A stretch of DNA of 64,000 nucleotides. Origin: Octopus sinensis (lineage: Eukaryota). This document shows, one piece after another, positions 1 through 13,839 of this stretch (position 1 is the stretch's first letter; each line of letters opens with the position of its first letter). Location: positions 76,012,001 to 76,076,000 of the forward strand of contig NC_043006.1 in the NCBI RefSeq assembly GCF_006345805.1, given 5' to 3'. A program made the translations under genes and the position numbers. Below the pieces are notes generated by a model, which was not told the origin of the DNA, did not search any database, and was given only the letters and a program-made list of their open reading frames with translations.

Positions 1-228
1 TCTTTACTACCCACAAGGGGCTAATCACAGAGAGGACAAACAAGGACATACAAACGGATTAAGTCGATTATATCGACCCCAGTGCGTAACTGGTACTTAA
101 TTTATCGACCCCAAGAGGATGAAAGGCAAAGTCGACCTCGGCGGAATTTGAACTCAGAACGTAGCAGCTGACGAAATACGGCTACGCATTTCTCCCGGCG
201 TGCTAACGTTTCTGCCAGCTCGCCGCCT
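1..228 (-). mobile_element. tRNA-derived SINE family F1, tail variant a (3' tail clipped by window edge)
   Basis: Reverse complement reads GGCGGCGAGCTGGCAGAAACGTTAGCAC...GTTCTGAGTTCAAATTCC (A/B-box-like head), a conserved core GTCGACTTTGCCTTTCATCC...GGTCGATAAATTAAGTACCAG and tail TTTGTC...CCCCTTGTGGGTAGTAAAGA; near-identical copies recur across the window. Confidence 0.9.
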
Positions 229-781
229 TATGGTAGCTAAGTACCATAAGGCAGTTCGTGAAATTTTGTAATGATTCTGCCACTCCTCCACCCTTCAAAA
301 ATCGAAGATTACAAATAATATTCATATCAACGGATTTAAATTGAAAATAACATATACGAAACGTGTGTGATAATGAATATATTGATTTATAAGTATATGT
401 TTTGTATAAATGAATAGAAACTTTGAGCTGGTATCTCTGTAACAGCGTACTAATAAATAAAATATTTCATTTCGTTATAAAATGGAACCTTATATAATGG
501 AACTTAATGTGTTTACATTTTAGAACTAATAGTTTTGAATTATTATTCTGCTGAACTATGTAAGACAGTTGGTTGGTATGCCTAATTAGATATGAATCGC
601 ACCAATTCAAAAATCAATCGTACACACTCACCCGAAAAATATGAAAAGACCGATTCAATTTAAAATGAGTTTTACATTGCCATAACTATTTAATTAAATA
701 TCATGCCGTACGTTCTTTAGAAAATATATTATTAGTGTATTCAGCAACGGATAATATTGTAAATATTGTGTGCATTAAGAA

Positions 782-915
782 GCCGGCGGTCGACTTTGAC
801 TTTCACCCTTTCGGGGTCGATAAATTAAGTACTAGTCATGCTCCTGGGTCAATGTATTCGACTACTCCCCACCCCACAAATTTCAGGCATTGTGCCACTA
901 GTAGAAAGGGTTATT
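782..915 (+). mobile_element. SINE F1 fragment (core plus tail b)
   Basis: GGTCGACTTTGACTTTCACCCTTTCGGGGTCGATAAATTAAGTACTAG core. Confidence 0.75.
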
Positions 916-2015
916 TAGAGTGTGAAATTTCAACTAATAAAACAGGGACTTCGAATGCTATCTGGTAAATCTCAATTCCGTATTTAAACATTCTAAGGTC
1001 ATTTCCTATTTAAACATCCAAAGATTATAAAAATAAGCGCGCCAGTGTCGATCCGATCAATTTGTATCTCAGATTTCTTTATCGTAAGTCATTGTAATTA
1101 TTGTCGTTAGATTTTCAATGGTCAGTAACGATGGCTAAAGCAGACGACTATTTGCATTAAATTCTTTCTTTCTTTATTGTTATTGCGTTGTTATAAGCAT
1201 AATGTTTTCTTATGATATAATATGCTGGTTTGAATTTCGTATATCTGGAATTGACAATGTAAACATCCGTAACACAATGGATATAAATCCGGTGAAGATA
1301 TATAACACAAAATCAGCTAAATGGGCAAAGTAAATAATTACTTAATCGAAGAGGGGTCACTATGCAATTACAACGTAACAATGCAATCAGATTTTGCGGG
1401 GATGTTTAAAACATCCCTGTGTATTGCATCCTTTACTCTGAGCAGTACGATGTTGTTTTGATTTCGGCAAATGATGGAGAAAATGGTGAAGTGGAGATAT
1501 GCATTATTTAGAAGGATTTAGACATGTTCTGACTTATTTCTGTCCTATTACATAAAACTACTATATTTACTTTTGTTATGAAAATGCAACCTGTGAAGAA
1601 TTCACATGCGCTGTGTGCAATAATCGTCAGACTGGTCTCTTCTTAATAATCATCAAAACTCATTTAACTAGAAGTAAAGTCCCGGAGTTATGAATACATC
1701 TTCAACTAAATAATATAAACAATGTATTTTAGCAGAAATAATTCATCCAACAGTATAGGGTTGATGGTCTGGTATTAAACACGGAAAATAAATACCGGTT
1801 TATATAGCAAAACATTTCCACACATACGTATACAGACACATACACATACGCATATGTAATATAGAATATTGAAAAAAAAATTCAGTAACACAACAAAAGA
1901 AGACGTGTAACGCTGGTCAAAAACCCAAAATTAAGGACAAAGAAATAGAAGTAACAACACGCAGAGCAACGTTCCGAGAAGAAAAAGTATCTCTGAACTC
2001 CTTGCGACTGCAATA

Positions 2016-2023
2016 TATGTATA

Positions 2024-2102
<79 letters not shown>

Positions 2103-2112
2103 TATATATATG
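2016..2112. repeat. (TA)n microsatellite
   Basis: Direct observation. Confidence 0.95.
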
Positions 2113-4009
2113 AATGTAAAAGCAAGTGCAGTCCAACTCAGCATACACTTACATTCATACAAACACACAACGCATATTAAGTAACACATATAAATACATT
2201 ATATACGGAAATGAACAATAAAAATCGAAATTCTGGAGCATCTTTCCTCAAGCAAAATATCCACAATACAAGAAAATTGTACTGCATAACTTATATATCG
2301 TGAATAGTACACAAATTAAAAAAAAACGAGCGTTTCCTCTAATCATCTCCGTTTGTTTTCAACATTTCGGCGACAGTATATTATCATTTATAATTTTGTC
2401 GCTACGTAAATAATTAATTAAATTTTAACTTTTGTTTTTCATTTATGTATTGTATGCTAACGGATAAATATTTTATATGTTAATTAGAAATTCTATGATA
2501 GTATAAAAAAATTTACCACTAAACAGAAGTTGCCTTGATATAGATTTCCGCTTCAGATGTTTCAAAATATATTCTATACATGTAACTATGACAAAATGGT
2601 AGTCAAGACATCTTTGGAAACAAATAATATTCAAATAAGATTCCTAGATACTGTCATATATGTTCGGAAGAAAGTCTGGTATAGTTTTAGCGAACTAAAC
2701 ACAAACGCATATGTTTTTCTTTTTATTTTTTATATTTTTATTTTTATTTCGTTTTTCTTTTTTTTTTGTGTGTAGAGAAATTGAGTTTTTGGTAGGAGAA
2801 AATTACTTTACTAAAACATCTTCGAAAAGGCTTCGACATCAGACTTTCCATATTGCTATAATATGAAATTAATAGTTTTGTTAACATTTCCGCCACTTTC
2901 TTCATGTCCATTATCGAATTATGTAAGGTATTGTAACGCATCATTATTTTACCACGTGAAAATCATCACGTGTAAATCTTAAAGTAAATATTTTCTTCTA
3001 TTTAGTATCTTTACACAAAGAATTCACAGACGTTCTTACTCACTCACCCATTCATTGATTCGTTCCCTGACTCACTCCTTCTTCCCTTATTCACTCGTTT
3101 TCTCACTCAGTCATTAGTTCACAGCTTTCCTCCCTCTAACATTTAGCGTTGGAAGCAATATAACAATGTAATGTGTGTTGGCATTATGTGACACGAAAAC
3201 ATTTCATGGCGACTTTCAAATCAATTGCCTTAATGTATTAAGAGAATAGCTTGTTTGATAATACATTAATTTTCCTTGTGGACTTACTGACCAGTCGCAT
3301 TTACAGCTACACTGTTAAAATATTAATTTAGTTGTATTTTTCTAACTCTTGCACGATATCTTAATCAGGGTTCCTTTAGTGAAAGCCGACATCTGTTGCA
3401 CGCAACTCTCTTGTTAATCAGTCGAGCTACGTGCCTTTTGATAAACAACATATTTGGCTTAGTAGTACATAGCCAATAGAGAATACTGATGCAATATTCT
3501 CGATTTCTTACTTGAACATGTACAGTGGATTAAGAGATGTATATGAATAATATATACATCAAATAAACAGGTACATAATTATAAAGTAAAGATAACTACT
3601 TATACACACGCATATTTTTTTATATTTAAGACCAAGTGTAAAGTGTAATGAGAATTAACAATAGAAATTGCACATGCAAACACACACGCACACGTGTGTG
3701 TGTGTTATAATTCACTTTGCTATGGCGTTACCAATAACAGAGGAATTCTGGTTAGGCACTCGATACAACCACACATAGCTTATTTATTTTTAAATTTATT
3801 TTTTGGAATTTTCAAACAAGTTTTGCGAATTTATATTCTAAACACAGGAGTTCACATGATTAGGAAAAAAATTAAACAAGAATAACCGCCCCAATAACAG
3901 GTTGTTACGACTCATTATATATGTACTTCACACTATTACTGATTTACGGTGGTGAGGGCGTGAGGGATGAGTTCATGGATATTCTCCGCCCAGCCAATTA
4001 TATGAACTT

Positions 4010-4150
4010 AAAAGTCAGTACAAAGTAATGTTGGTTTCATATTTTGGTACAAGCCCAGCTATTTCGAGGAAGGGGATAAGTCGATTTCATCGATCCCAGT
4101 GATCAACTGGTACTTGTTAGATCGACCCCGAAAACGTTGAGAGTGAATTT
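4010..4150 (-). mobile_element. Degenerate SINE F1 (tail b)
   Basis: ttggtacaagcccagc...aagtcgatttcatcgatcccag...tggtactt...tcgacccc matches the F1 core and tail b. Confidence 0.7.
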
Positions 4151-5149
4151 GGTGGATGGATACTGAAAGCAGCTCATATAAATGTATGTATGTATGTATA
4201 TATCTGCGTGTGTACGTGCGTGCATTTGTGCTTGTTCCCTGCAACCACTTGAAGCTGGTGTTGATTTGTTCACGACCCTCTAAATTATCAGTTTGGTTAA
4301 AAGAGAGCGATAAAATGAGTACCCAGCTTAAAACAGAGAATAGTACTTGGGCCCATTTATACGGCGAAACGCTTCACGACTGTGTAACATCATAGGCAGG
4401 AAATTCAATTGAAGATTCCTCGTCAGATGAATGACTAGAGCCAGTCGTAAAGATTTATATATCCGAGCACATAATTTGAGATTGAGAAAACAAAATCTTG
4501 TTAAAACTACGCAATATTATGCATGCCATCCTAGATTTAGGCTTCATTAAACTATGTGTAAGCGAGAAAATGTGTTGCAGTATTCTTTTACACGTTTCTT
4601 GATCAAACAAATGTGATTAACTTCCGTTATAACGAGGAATTACATACCTGTGTTGTAAAACCCGTTATGTCGTAGTAAATAGCATTACTACACGCACCGT
4701 GGACATAAATAATGTATTCGATTCGCTGACACATGGTATCCATGAATACTTTGGAATGGATTAGATAATGAGAGACCATAACTTTAGTAATCGCCGAACA
4801 ACATGAGTATAGGAAAAGAAATCCCTGCTTACAACTACATATCAAACCTGGATCATGAACTATATGCACCTGAAGTGCCTGTCAAAGCAATGTATATACA
4901 CACATACACACACACACGTGTGTGTGTATGTGTGTATGTGTGGCCAAATACGATTAGTTATCAATATATATATTTGCTGATAATAGACGGTTCCTTTGGT
5001 CAAATTATCGTAACTCCACCAGCTTCAAATGCCTAGATGTCAAAAATTGTCGAAGTGTAGTACAACGATTTTGCTATGGAATATTGAAGTTATTTTTCCG
5101 CTTTCTGAAAAAGCAAAGTGTTGGACTTACAACACTTTCGCATAATAGC

Positions 5150-5158
5150 AACGCTATA

Positions 5159-5241
<83 letters not shown>

Positions 5242-5280
5242 CGTGCGAGTTTGTATGTGTGTGCGTGTGTGTGGGGGTGT
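5150..5280. repeat. (TA)n(TG)n compound microsatellite
   Basis: Direct observation. Confidence 0.95.
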
Positions 5281-5856
5281 ACAGGGTATGGACGGTATTT
5301 GAGGACAGATTTATGATTAACAAAAATAAACGCTTATATAATAGTAGCAAAAACTTTAATTTTATATAAGTAACATAAACTTAGAGATAAATTATCAATT
5401 TAATAATTTCATTTAATAAAGCCACCATAAGCATCAGTAACTGCCTCAACGTGGGGGTCAAATTCATTTACAAGCTCGTATTAAGTGACCCTTGTTCATA
5501 TCGGACATAACTCGAACTATGGCGGCTTTCAAAGAATCTTTGGTGCTAGTGAAAAGGAGTGGGGTCATTGCCATTTTTCTGAACGATGCTCCTTACACAG
5601 TAGAACAGTGGATTGCGATCTGGAGAATTGTGTGGGATCAAAATAGATTTTAGCATAAACACAAGAGCGAAGAATAGATTTGTGCACATACTCCACTATC
5701 TATCTTATTTTCCAATGATTCTTTTGATTTGCGCCTTATTAATTAAGCGAAAGAAATTATTTTTTGTAGATATTCACCACACTATTCGAAGCATAGTAAA
5801 GTTCCATTGTTCTTCATAAAAACAGTGACAGAATAAGTAGTCGTAGTAGTTGTTGT

Positions 5857-5888
5857 CTTCTTCTTCTTCTTCTTCTTCTTCTTCTTCC
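5857..5888. repeat. (CTT)n microsatellite, possibly the tail of a minus-strand retroposon fragment extending to ~6130
   Basis: About ten CTT units followed by higher-GC, repeat-like sequence. Confidence 0.6.
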
Positions 5889-6139
5889 AATCAGGACTCA
5901 TGCCATTAGCCACACAGAATAATCTCTAATTCGAGCATACTCTAAGCTACTACGAATGCGTGTGGTAACTTGAAGATCCACCCACCTCACGCGATAGACT
6001 AGCGGTTGCACGGGCGCGAAAGCTACGTTGTTATCTTCATTCCGTAAACGGTGGCTTTTAACGGGTGGAGAGCTGAACCATGCTGGGGTACAGATGATTC
6101 GGAATCTAGACTAGGGTCTGAAAGTTTACCACACCATAG

Positions 6140-6366
6140 TGGGTTACACCATGCTTCCTCTGCTTTGAGGCAGAAGTAGGAAGAAAGAGTGAGAGAAGGT
6201 TGTGGTGAAAGAGTACAGCAGAGTTCACCACCCGCTCCCGCTGGAGCGTCGTGGAGCTTAGATGTATTTACTCAATAAACACTCACAATGCTGTGTCTGA
6301 GAATCGAAACCGCGTTCTTACGACTGCGACTCCGCTGCCCTAACTGTTGGGCCATTGCGCCTCCAC
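6140..6366 (-). mobile_element. tRNA-derived SINE family F4
   Basis: Reverse complement starts GTGGAGGCGCAATGGCCCAACAGTTAGGGCAGCGGAGTCGC...GTTTCGATTC; second copy at ~50400-50517. Confidence 0.8.
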
Positions 6367-7454
6367 TGGTTGTTGTTGTTGTTGTCGTCGTAGTACTAGG
6401 TGACTTCTATAATAAGAACGCTCACCTTTCTCTTTGAGAACGAAATAAAATATCGCATTTTTATTCCAATAATATATATAGTAACAATAACGTATTCAGT
6501 TGTGTTGATGGTAACAAGAACAGCAACAACAATAATATTGTGACGCATTTAATTTGATGCTTTTCACTGAATGAGATATCACCATATCTCTACCATCAAA
6601 TAATAACAGAAAAGAAAATAGCATTTACTCTTTAACATTTTCAAAAATAACCTTCGATTTTAGAAACGATTTTAGATGAGATATGAAAGGCTGCGTTGTA
6701 GTGATATGAGTAAAATTGTTTTTAAATTAATCAGAAAATAACTAAAACACTGGTGATTCTTGTATAACTCACTCGATAGATGAGATTGATGTATTAATCT
6801 TCAGATTCATGAAAGCTTGTAGGAAAGGCGATTATCGGAAAATCACTCCGTAGTTGCTTTTCCGTGTAGAGATAGCAAATACTTGTGAAATGATAATAAT
6901 ATGATATGATATGTACACCTTAGCTGTTTGACATTTTATTTTAAATGTAGTTGTTCATGTATATTAGCAGTATATCTTACTTCCTGTTTTTTTTATATCT
7001 TAGTCGTTGAACATATGCATCCAAGCAAAATAATGTTCGAAATTAAATTCTGCATTTGTTAACTCGTAATAAGGCAAACAATATTTGGATACATGTGACT
7101 AAGAAGTAAATTTCATGTTTTAAGCTAGCAAATATCGAGATTTGTAACAGCAAGTTTTTTAATGGAACTATGTGAATATAAATAATTGCTCAGGTTGCTT
7201 TCATATGGAGGAGGTACAGCTATCGCAGGTCTTCATAAATAGTAAAATCCAAAACGATAATACTTCATAATACTGTAGTTATAGGTTAAATTGTAAACTG
7301 CACAATTTCTTACTGAGTTTCAGTTACATATGTAACTCAACTTTGAGACGAATGTAGGAAAATAACTTTGGTTTTCGGTTACATAATTAGCTCGTTGGGT
7401 AGACACTTCTATGATACTCCTGAGTCAATGGATGAGTTCACATAAAGATAGTTT

Positions 7455-8565
7455 CACATTTTTGGTACAAGGCCAGCAATTTCGGGGGAGGAGCTAAGTC
7501 GATAAGATTGACCTAGTGCTCAAGTAGTACTTATTTTATCGACGCCTAAATGTACAAAAGGCAAATTTGAGTTCGGCGAAATTTGAACTCAGAACATAAA
7601 GGTAGGCTAAATGCTTCTAACCATTTTGCCCGGCGTGTTGTCGATTTTCCCAGCTCACCGCCTAAAACTTCCTATAAGAATCTTTTCTACAATAGGTACA
7701 AGGCCTGAAATTTGGAGGGAGGGGACTAGCCTATTACATCGTAACTGGTACTTAATTTATCGACCCCGAAAGGATGAAAGGCAAAGTCAACCTCGGGAGA
7801 ATTTCAACTCAGAACGTAGCAACGGGCGAAATGCCGTTAAGCAATTCGCCCGGCGTGCCAATGATTCTGCCAGCTCACCGCCTTTCAAACTTCCTATAAC
7901 AATAAGAAGAATTTTTATCATTGAAATATTTTGAAATACTAATCTACAATAGCAACCTCCTCCCGTACATTCTTTTCTACTCTAGGCACAAGACCCAGCA
8001 TTTTGGGGGAGGGGGCAATTCGATTAGATCGACTCCAGTACGCAACTGGTACTTAATTTATCGACCCCGAAAGGATGGAAATTGAACTCAGAATATAAAG
8101 ACAAAGGAAGTACCTATTTCTGTTCTACCCACAAGGGGCTAAACGCAGAGAGGACAAACAAGGACAGACAAACGGATTAAGTCGATTATATCTACCCCAC
8201 TGCACAACTGGTACTTAGTTAATCGACCTCGAAAGGATGGAAGGCAAAGTCGACCTCGGCAGAATTTGAACTCAGAACGTAACGGCAGACGAAATACCGC
8301 TAAGCATTTCGCCCGGAATGCTAACGTTTCTTATTTCTTTATTGCCTACAAGGGGCTAAACGTAGAGGGAACAAACAAGGACAGGAAAGGGGATTAAGTC
8401 GATTACATCGACCCGAGTGCGTAACTGGTACTTATTTAATCGACCCCGAAAGGATGAAAGGTTAAGTAGACCTCGGCGAAATTTGTACTCAGAACGTAGC
8501 GGCAGACGAAATACTGCGAAGAATTTCGCCTGGTGTGCTAACGTTTCTGCCAGCTCGCCGCCTTC
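7455..8565 (-). mobile_element. Train of five head-to-tail SINE F1 copies (~7455-7650, 7680-7885, 7970-8110, 8110-8330, 8331-8565)
   Basis: The F1 core motif recurs five times in the same orientation. Confidence 0.9.
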
Positions 8566-8874
8566 TCATCTCGTACATTATAAAAAGATTCACATATCAA
8601 TTACATAAAAAAAAATCACAGGCATTTTTTTCTTTTATCTACAAGCGAAATATAACCGCATGTTCAGTTATACTTACCGGTAGATAATGCTTTCAAGTTT
8701 GGACAGTATAAATACTATGCAATTAAAAAGTAACTCAGGCATCAATTAAATATTAACATTTTTATAAATTGCTCGAATTGTTCCAGAAAATGTAAAGTAC
8801 ATAATTTAATTTTTTTTTTGTGTGTCCATAAGTCATGAGGATGGTTGATGATGATGATGATATATATATATATT

Positions 8875-9065
8875 TTGAAACGCGGTGTAGATGAAACAGG
8901 GACAACTGAAGAAGGGGAATATTCTTTATGTTGTATGTCTCGTTTCTCTGTTTGTTTTTTTCGTTGTTCGAAAAAATGTTTGTGTCTATGTTCTTGTTTC
9001 TATGTTTTCGTTTCTCATTGGGTTGAGCATTTTTTTAATGTCCTGTACCCATATATGCATGTATA
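8875..9065 (+). mobile_element. Repeat family A fragment (putative Penelope-like terminal repeat)
   Basis: GAAACAGGGACAACTGAAGAAGGGGAATATTC...GTCCTGTACCCATATA, homologous to 26392-26783 and 62360-63240. Confidence 0.7.
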
Positions 9066-9067
9066 TT

Positions 9068-9107
<40 letters not shown>

Positions 9108-9131
9108 TATGTACATATATGTATGTATATA

Positions 9132-9164
<33 letters not shown>

Positions 9165-9213
9165 TATGTACACATATGTATGTATATATGCATATATATA
9201 TATATATATATAT

Positions 9214-9255
<42 letters not shown>

Positions 9256-9440
9256 TGTACATATATGTATGTATATATGCATATATATATAATATATATA
9301 TATATAGGTATGTACATATATGTATGTATATATGCATATATATATATATATATATAGGTATGTACATATATGTATGTATATATGCATATATATAATATAT
9401 ATATATATATATATAATATATATATATTATATACATGTAC
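9065..9440. repeat. Higher-order (TA)-based minisatellite with unit GGTATGTACATATATGTATGTATATATGCAT(AT)n
   Basis: Unit recurs at ~9106, 9162, 9253, 9307 and 9357. Confidence 0.85.
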
Positions 9441-10149
9441 ATATATACAAGCACACACAGACACATATGTGTGGATGTATGTATCATCGCACAGATACTT
9501 GACCTGAGATAGATCTGCTATGTGATAAAAAGTCTATTTCAACCATTTAATAAATAAACGCATAAAAATATAAAGATACGTATCGACATGTACATAGGGA
9601 TGGACACAAACATTCCCACACGAACACACACTGAAGTAACCCGTACGTGAATACGTACATATATGAAGAATTATTCGACTATTTCAATTAGTTTTAGATT
9701 TCTTTTTTTTTCCATTTCAAGGGAAACATACTTGTTTTCTTATAAACTTCAAAATAACAATAAATCAAAATCAAAATAAGTAATAATAAGGAAGACGTAT
9801 CAAAAGAACTGGTATCGATTTATCAATTTCCATTGAGAAAATCTATTTACGAGAAGAGACAATTTATTTCAATTGCAGCCACTTTGCTTTTAATTAATTT
9901 TAATTTGTGCAATTTCTAGCTATTTCAATTTCTATTAATGAAAACCTTAGGAATATTGGTTAATGATCTTCAAGGGTATATCAGAACCATTAAAATCATG
10001 TGAAGAAATAAACATACACCTACCTACTTTCATATTTTGTCATACAGCTACGAGAACACAAACATACGTCCATAATCACATAGCTTCAGAAACGGAAGCT
10101 GCGCGTAAACCTGCAACGATGAATATATATATATATATATATAATATAT

Positions 10150-10197
<48 letters not shown>

Positions 10198-10384
10198 TAT
10201 GTGTGTGTGGTGTTTATGTTTGTGCATATGCATGTATATGTGTGAATGTGTATGCGTTTATGTGTGCGAATATGTGTGTATGTGTGCCTGTGTATATGTC
10301 TTTGTATTGTGTGTGTGGGTCATTATTTTTTCTATATATTTAGGTTGTTGTTAATTCTATGTCCATGTATGTCACATAACCTAG

Positions 10385-10820
10385 TTATTCTTTTATTTGT
10401 TTCAGTCAGAGGACTGCAGCCATGCTGGAGCACAACCTTTAGTTGAACAAATCAATCCCAGGACTTACTCTTTGTATGCCTAGTACTTATTCTGGCGGTC
10501 TCTTTTGCTGAACCGCAAAAGTTACGGGGACTTTAAAACAACAACGTCGGTTGTCAAACGATGGTGGGGTGGGGTGGGGAAGCTCAAACACACACACAAA
10601 TACATGCACCCAAACACACACGCCCCCCCCCATATATATATATATATATATACACACGACTTTCTTCTTTCATTTTCCGTCTACCAAATCCACTCTCATA
10701 ACTTTGGTCGGCCCGAAGCTATAGAATATGAAACTTGCCCAAGGTTCAGTGAGACTGAACCCGGAACCGTGTGGCTGGTAATCAAGCTACTTACCACACA
10801 GCCACGTCTGCGTCTGTGTA
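10385..10820 (-). mobile_element. tRNA-derived SINE family F2 with internal (TA)n(TG)n tract
   Basis: Head GCGTGGCTGTGTGGTAAGTAGCTTG...CCGGGTTCAGTC, internal microsatellite and tail ...GCTCCAGCATGGCTGCAGTCC...TGACTGAAAC. Confidence 0.85.
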
Positions 10821-11194
10821 ATTTTTGGACGAAAAACTATTCGATAAAAAATTACTAGACTTAAATACAAATTGGATTCCACTAAAACCATTGAAGACGT
10901 ATTTCAGCATGACCGTTGTCTAAATGGTTAAAACATGTAAAATAATAAAAATATTTGACAATGTGTAATTATTGTTTTCAGAGACAGGAAACAATTAACC
11001 TTTGACCACTGAGTACATGACTCGAGGTCACGCTCAATAATTCTACTGATGTAACTGTGGCAATGAAATGGCACTCGCATTCTAAGTACAACCTGGAAAT
11101 CAGAATTTCACCAGACATAATTTAACTCATCCGATCTCTGCTATAACTAGTTCGGAGATGACAGCCTTTCCCTGTCTATCTCTCTGTATCTGCC

Positions 11195-11313
11195 TATGTG
11201 TCTTTCTTTCTCTCTTTCTTTATTTCTTTTTTTTCTTTCTTTCTTTCTTCCTTTCTTTCTTTCTTCCTGTCTTCCTTTCTTTCTTTCTTTCTTTCTTCCT
11301 GTCTTCCTTTCTT

Positions 11314-11352
<39 letters not shown>

Positions 11353-11368
11353 CACACACACACACACT
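11195..11368. repeat. (CTTT)n-(CT)n-(CA)n compound microsatellite
   Basis: Direct observation. Confidence 0.95.
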
Positions 11369-12104
11369 ACGGCTTTCCATAAAACATGTACAATTTTCTC
11401 AAATATATATTTCTATATAAAACCACTTATATGGTAAACAAATACAACGTTACATTTTCTTCTAAACCATTCTAATTCTCCCACAGTAAGCCCCCTTTAG
11501 GCAATCAATCTTCACACAATACCGAAGTCTTCCAGCTATCTCTCTTGCGTATGTCGAGACAAATCATCAAAAGTTTTTCACCTCATCAATCTAGTCTTAT
11601 CTCTCAAGCTGAGAAATCCGGAATTGTTATTGCGAACTGATGGTCGTCGGGAGATAAATTATATTAAAAAAATATATATAAAAGAGATTTGTATAATTAA
11701 TAATTCTTAATTCTGATATTATATCATATCTAGATTTTAGTTTTGCTACAATACTAAAACTTGTTCGTAGTGACATATGAACAGTTAGTGTAAGGCAGTG
11801 TTATTTTACCAAATACGAAACAGCTTTTGTGTTTGGCCCCAAAGTTAACCCTTACTAGGCAGACGAATCATCATATACATTCCTATCATAACAATACAAT
11901 GCTCTTTTTTTTGAAGACTTGATATTGCCTTAACCACTATATCATTAATTTTTTCCCAAAACAGTACACCAAAACTTGACGTAGATTTGGTTGTTGTTTC
12001 TAGCAATTTCAGTAATTATGCTGCGGTCCCACCCTGCTGAGAGGTCATTAGACGAAGCGTAAGGTTGCAGGCAGTGCACAGCCGTCCAAATTGTAAATTT
12101 AAAG

Positions 12105-12300
12105 TCGCATTATAGGCGCGGGCAAGTTTGTATGTGTAAGAACCTCGCTTCATTGTCAAATGGCCTTGGATTCAGTCTCACTGCGTTGTATCTGGTACGT
12201 TTGGTACCGTAGTCCCGAGAGAGTAATGGTTTATGAGAGAATGTCATCGAAAGTAAATGAGTAAGGAGCTCCTCACACACAGACACAGACACATAGACAC
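12105..12300 (+). mobile_element. Degenerate SINE F2 head and body
   Basis: ggattcagtctcactgcgt...gagtaatggtttatgagagaatgtc resembles the F2 body. Confidence 0.55.
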
Positions 12301-12418
12301 ACACGCACACACACTCACGTACATCGAGAAATACACACATATATTCTAATGTGCCTATATATATGTATATACGTATATATATGTATATATGTATGTATAT
12401 ATACGTATATGCCTATGG

Positions 12419-12473
<55 letters not shown>

Positions 12474-12481
12474 ATTTATGC

Positions 12482-12534
<53 letters not shown>

Positions 12535-12795
12535 GGTGTATTTATACATGTGAATATGAGTGTATGCATGTGACTTTGTGCGTAGATTTTTGTAACCTCG
12601 CATCTTTACAAGAGGATGTGGTTTGTTTATGTACCTCTAATTTAGTGGTTTAGTAAAACAGATATACAAAGTACTAGACATAAAAAATAAGTACTGGAAT
12701 CTCTGTGTTCAGCTCTTCAAAAGACAGTCATTAACCGTAGCCCTATGACTGATTCAAGTAAAAGACAGTGAAATAGATGTCTGCCCGTGGCAGAA

Positions 12796-12882
12796 AATAG
12801 ATAGACAGATAGATAGATAAATGCATAGATAGATAAATGGATAGATAGATGGATAGATAGATAAATAGGTAGATAGACAGAC

Positions 12883-12965
<83 letters not shown>

Positions 12966-13025
12966 GAGATAGATAGAGAGATAGACGGATAGAGAGACAG
13001 ATAGATAGAAAGATACGTACATACA
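12796..13025. repeat. (GATA)n tetranucleotide microsatellite
   Basis: Direct observation. Confidence 0.95.
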
Positions 13026-13599
13026 TACAGGCATAATGTATATGTATATAAAAGTATATATACATATACATACGTACAAGCATCACTCAATCACACCACA
13101 TACACACACATATATGTATGTTTTGCTTCTTACATACACTCGCACTACGTGTGTGTGTATGTGTGTGTGCGTATGTGCACGTGTGTGTAGAGTAGTGCAT
13201 TTATATATTTACATCTGCTTTAAATGCATATCTCTACGGAAATATGCATAATCTATGAGGCTTTACTTTGATATATTCGTATGTATCTCTAGATAAGAAG
13301 TTGCATACATGCATATGTTTAGACTTAAGTATATTACCGCCCACTTAGAAATATACTAATGTACTCCAAAAATAATTTATAGTAGCGATGTTTGTATCAA
13401 TCCATTCATTTTTTTATATCCATTGAAAATTGCTATTTAATATGGTGTCTTTTAACCTCACTTTGACCTTTTCTCTGTCACAAATTAAATTGATGTTATT
13501 TATAAACTTATAATCATTTTAATTTCATACTAATTTTATACTATAAACCATAGCAAACACATACATAGTCACAAGAAAACCTTCAATCGATATATATAT

Positions 13600-13790
13600 T
13601 GTGAATTCCGACGAAATCGACTTTGAGCTTAAATTCCGAAATCTGTATTCAAGTTCCGCCGTGGTCGACTCTGTTTTTCATTCTTCCGCAGTCGATAAAT
13701 TACGTTCTAGTTTATTACTGGGCTCAATGTAAACGACTTATTCCCAGAATTGCTAGCCTTGTGCCAAAAATTGAAACCAATATATATATT
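13600..13790 (+). mobile_element. Degenerate SINE F1 (tail b)
   Basis: caagttccgccgtggtcgactctgtttttcattcttccgcagtcgataaat...gccttgtgccaaaaattgaaac. Confidence 0.7.
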
Positions 13791-13839
13791 GTTAAATGAA
13801 TATGTATCACCAACCACGTTAATTCTGTGCCATTAAATT

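Noticed and set aside
1410-1512. Peptide YDVVLISANDGENGEVEI resembling a cadherin motif
   Set aside because: Lacks the DxD and other cadherin motifs, is bounded by stops, and has no supporting neighbouring domain
7611-7934. Recurring ORFs containing RNWYLIYRPRKDERQSRPR (also 8417, 18323, 25199, 29524)
   Set aside because: Antisense reading of the SINE F1 core; the recurrence reflects SINE copies
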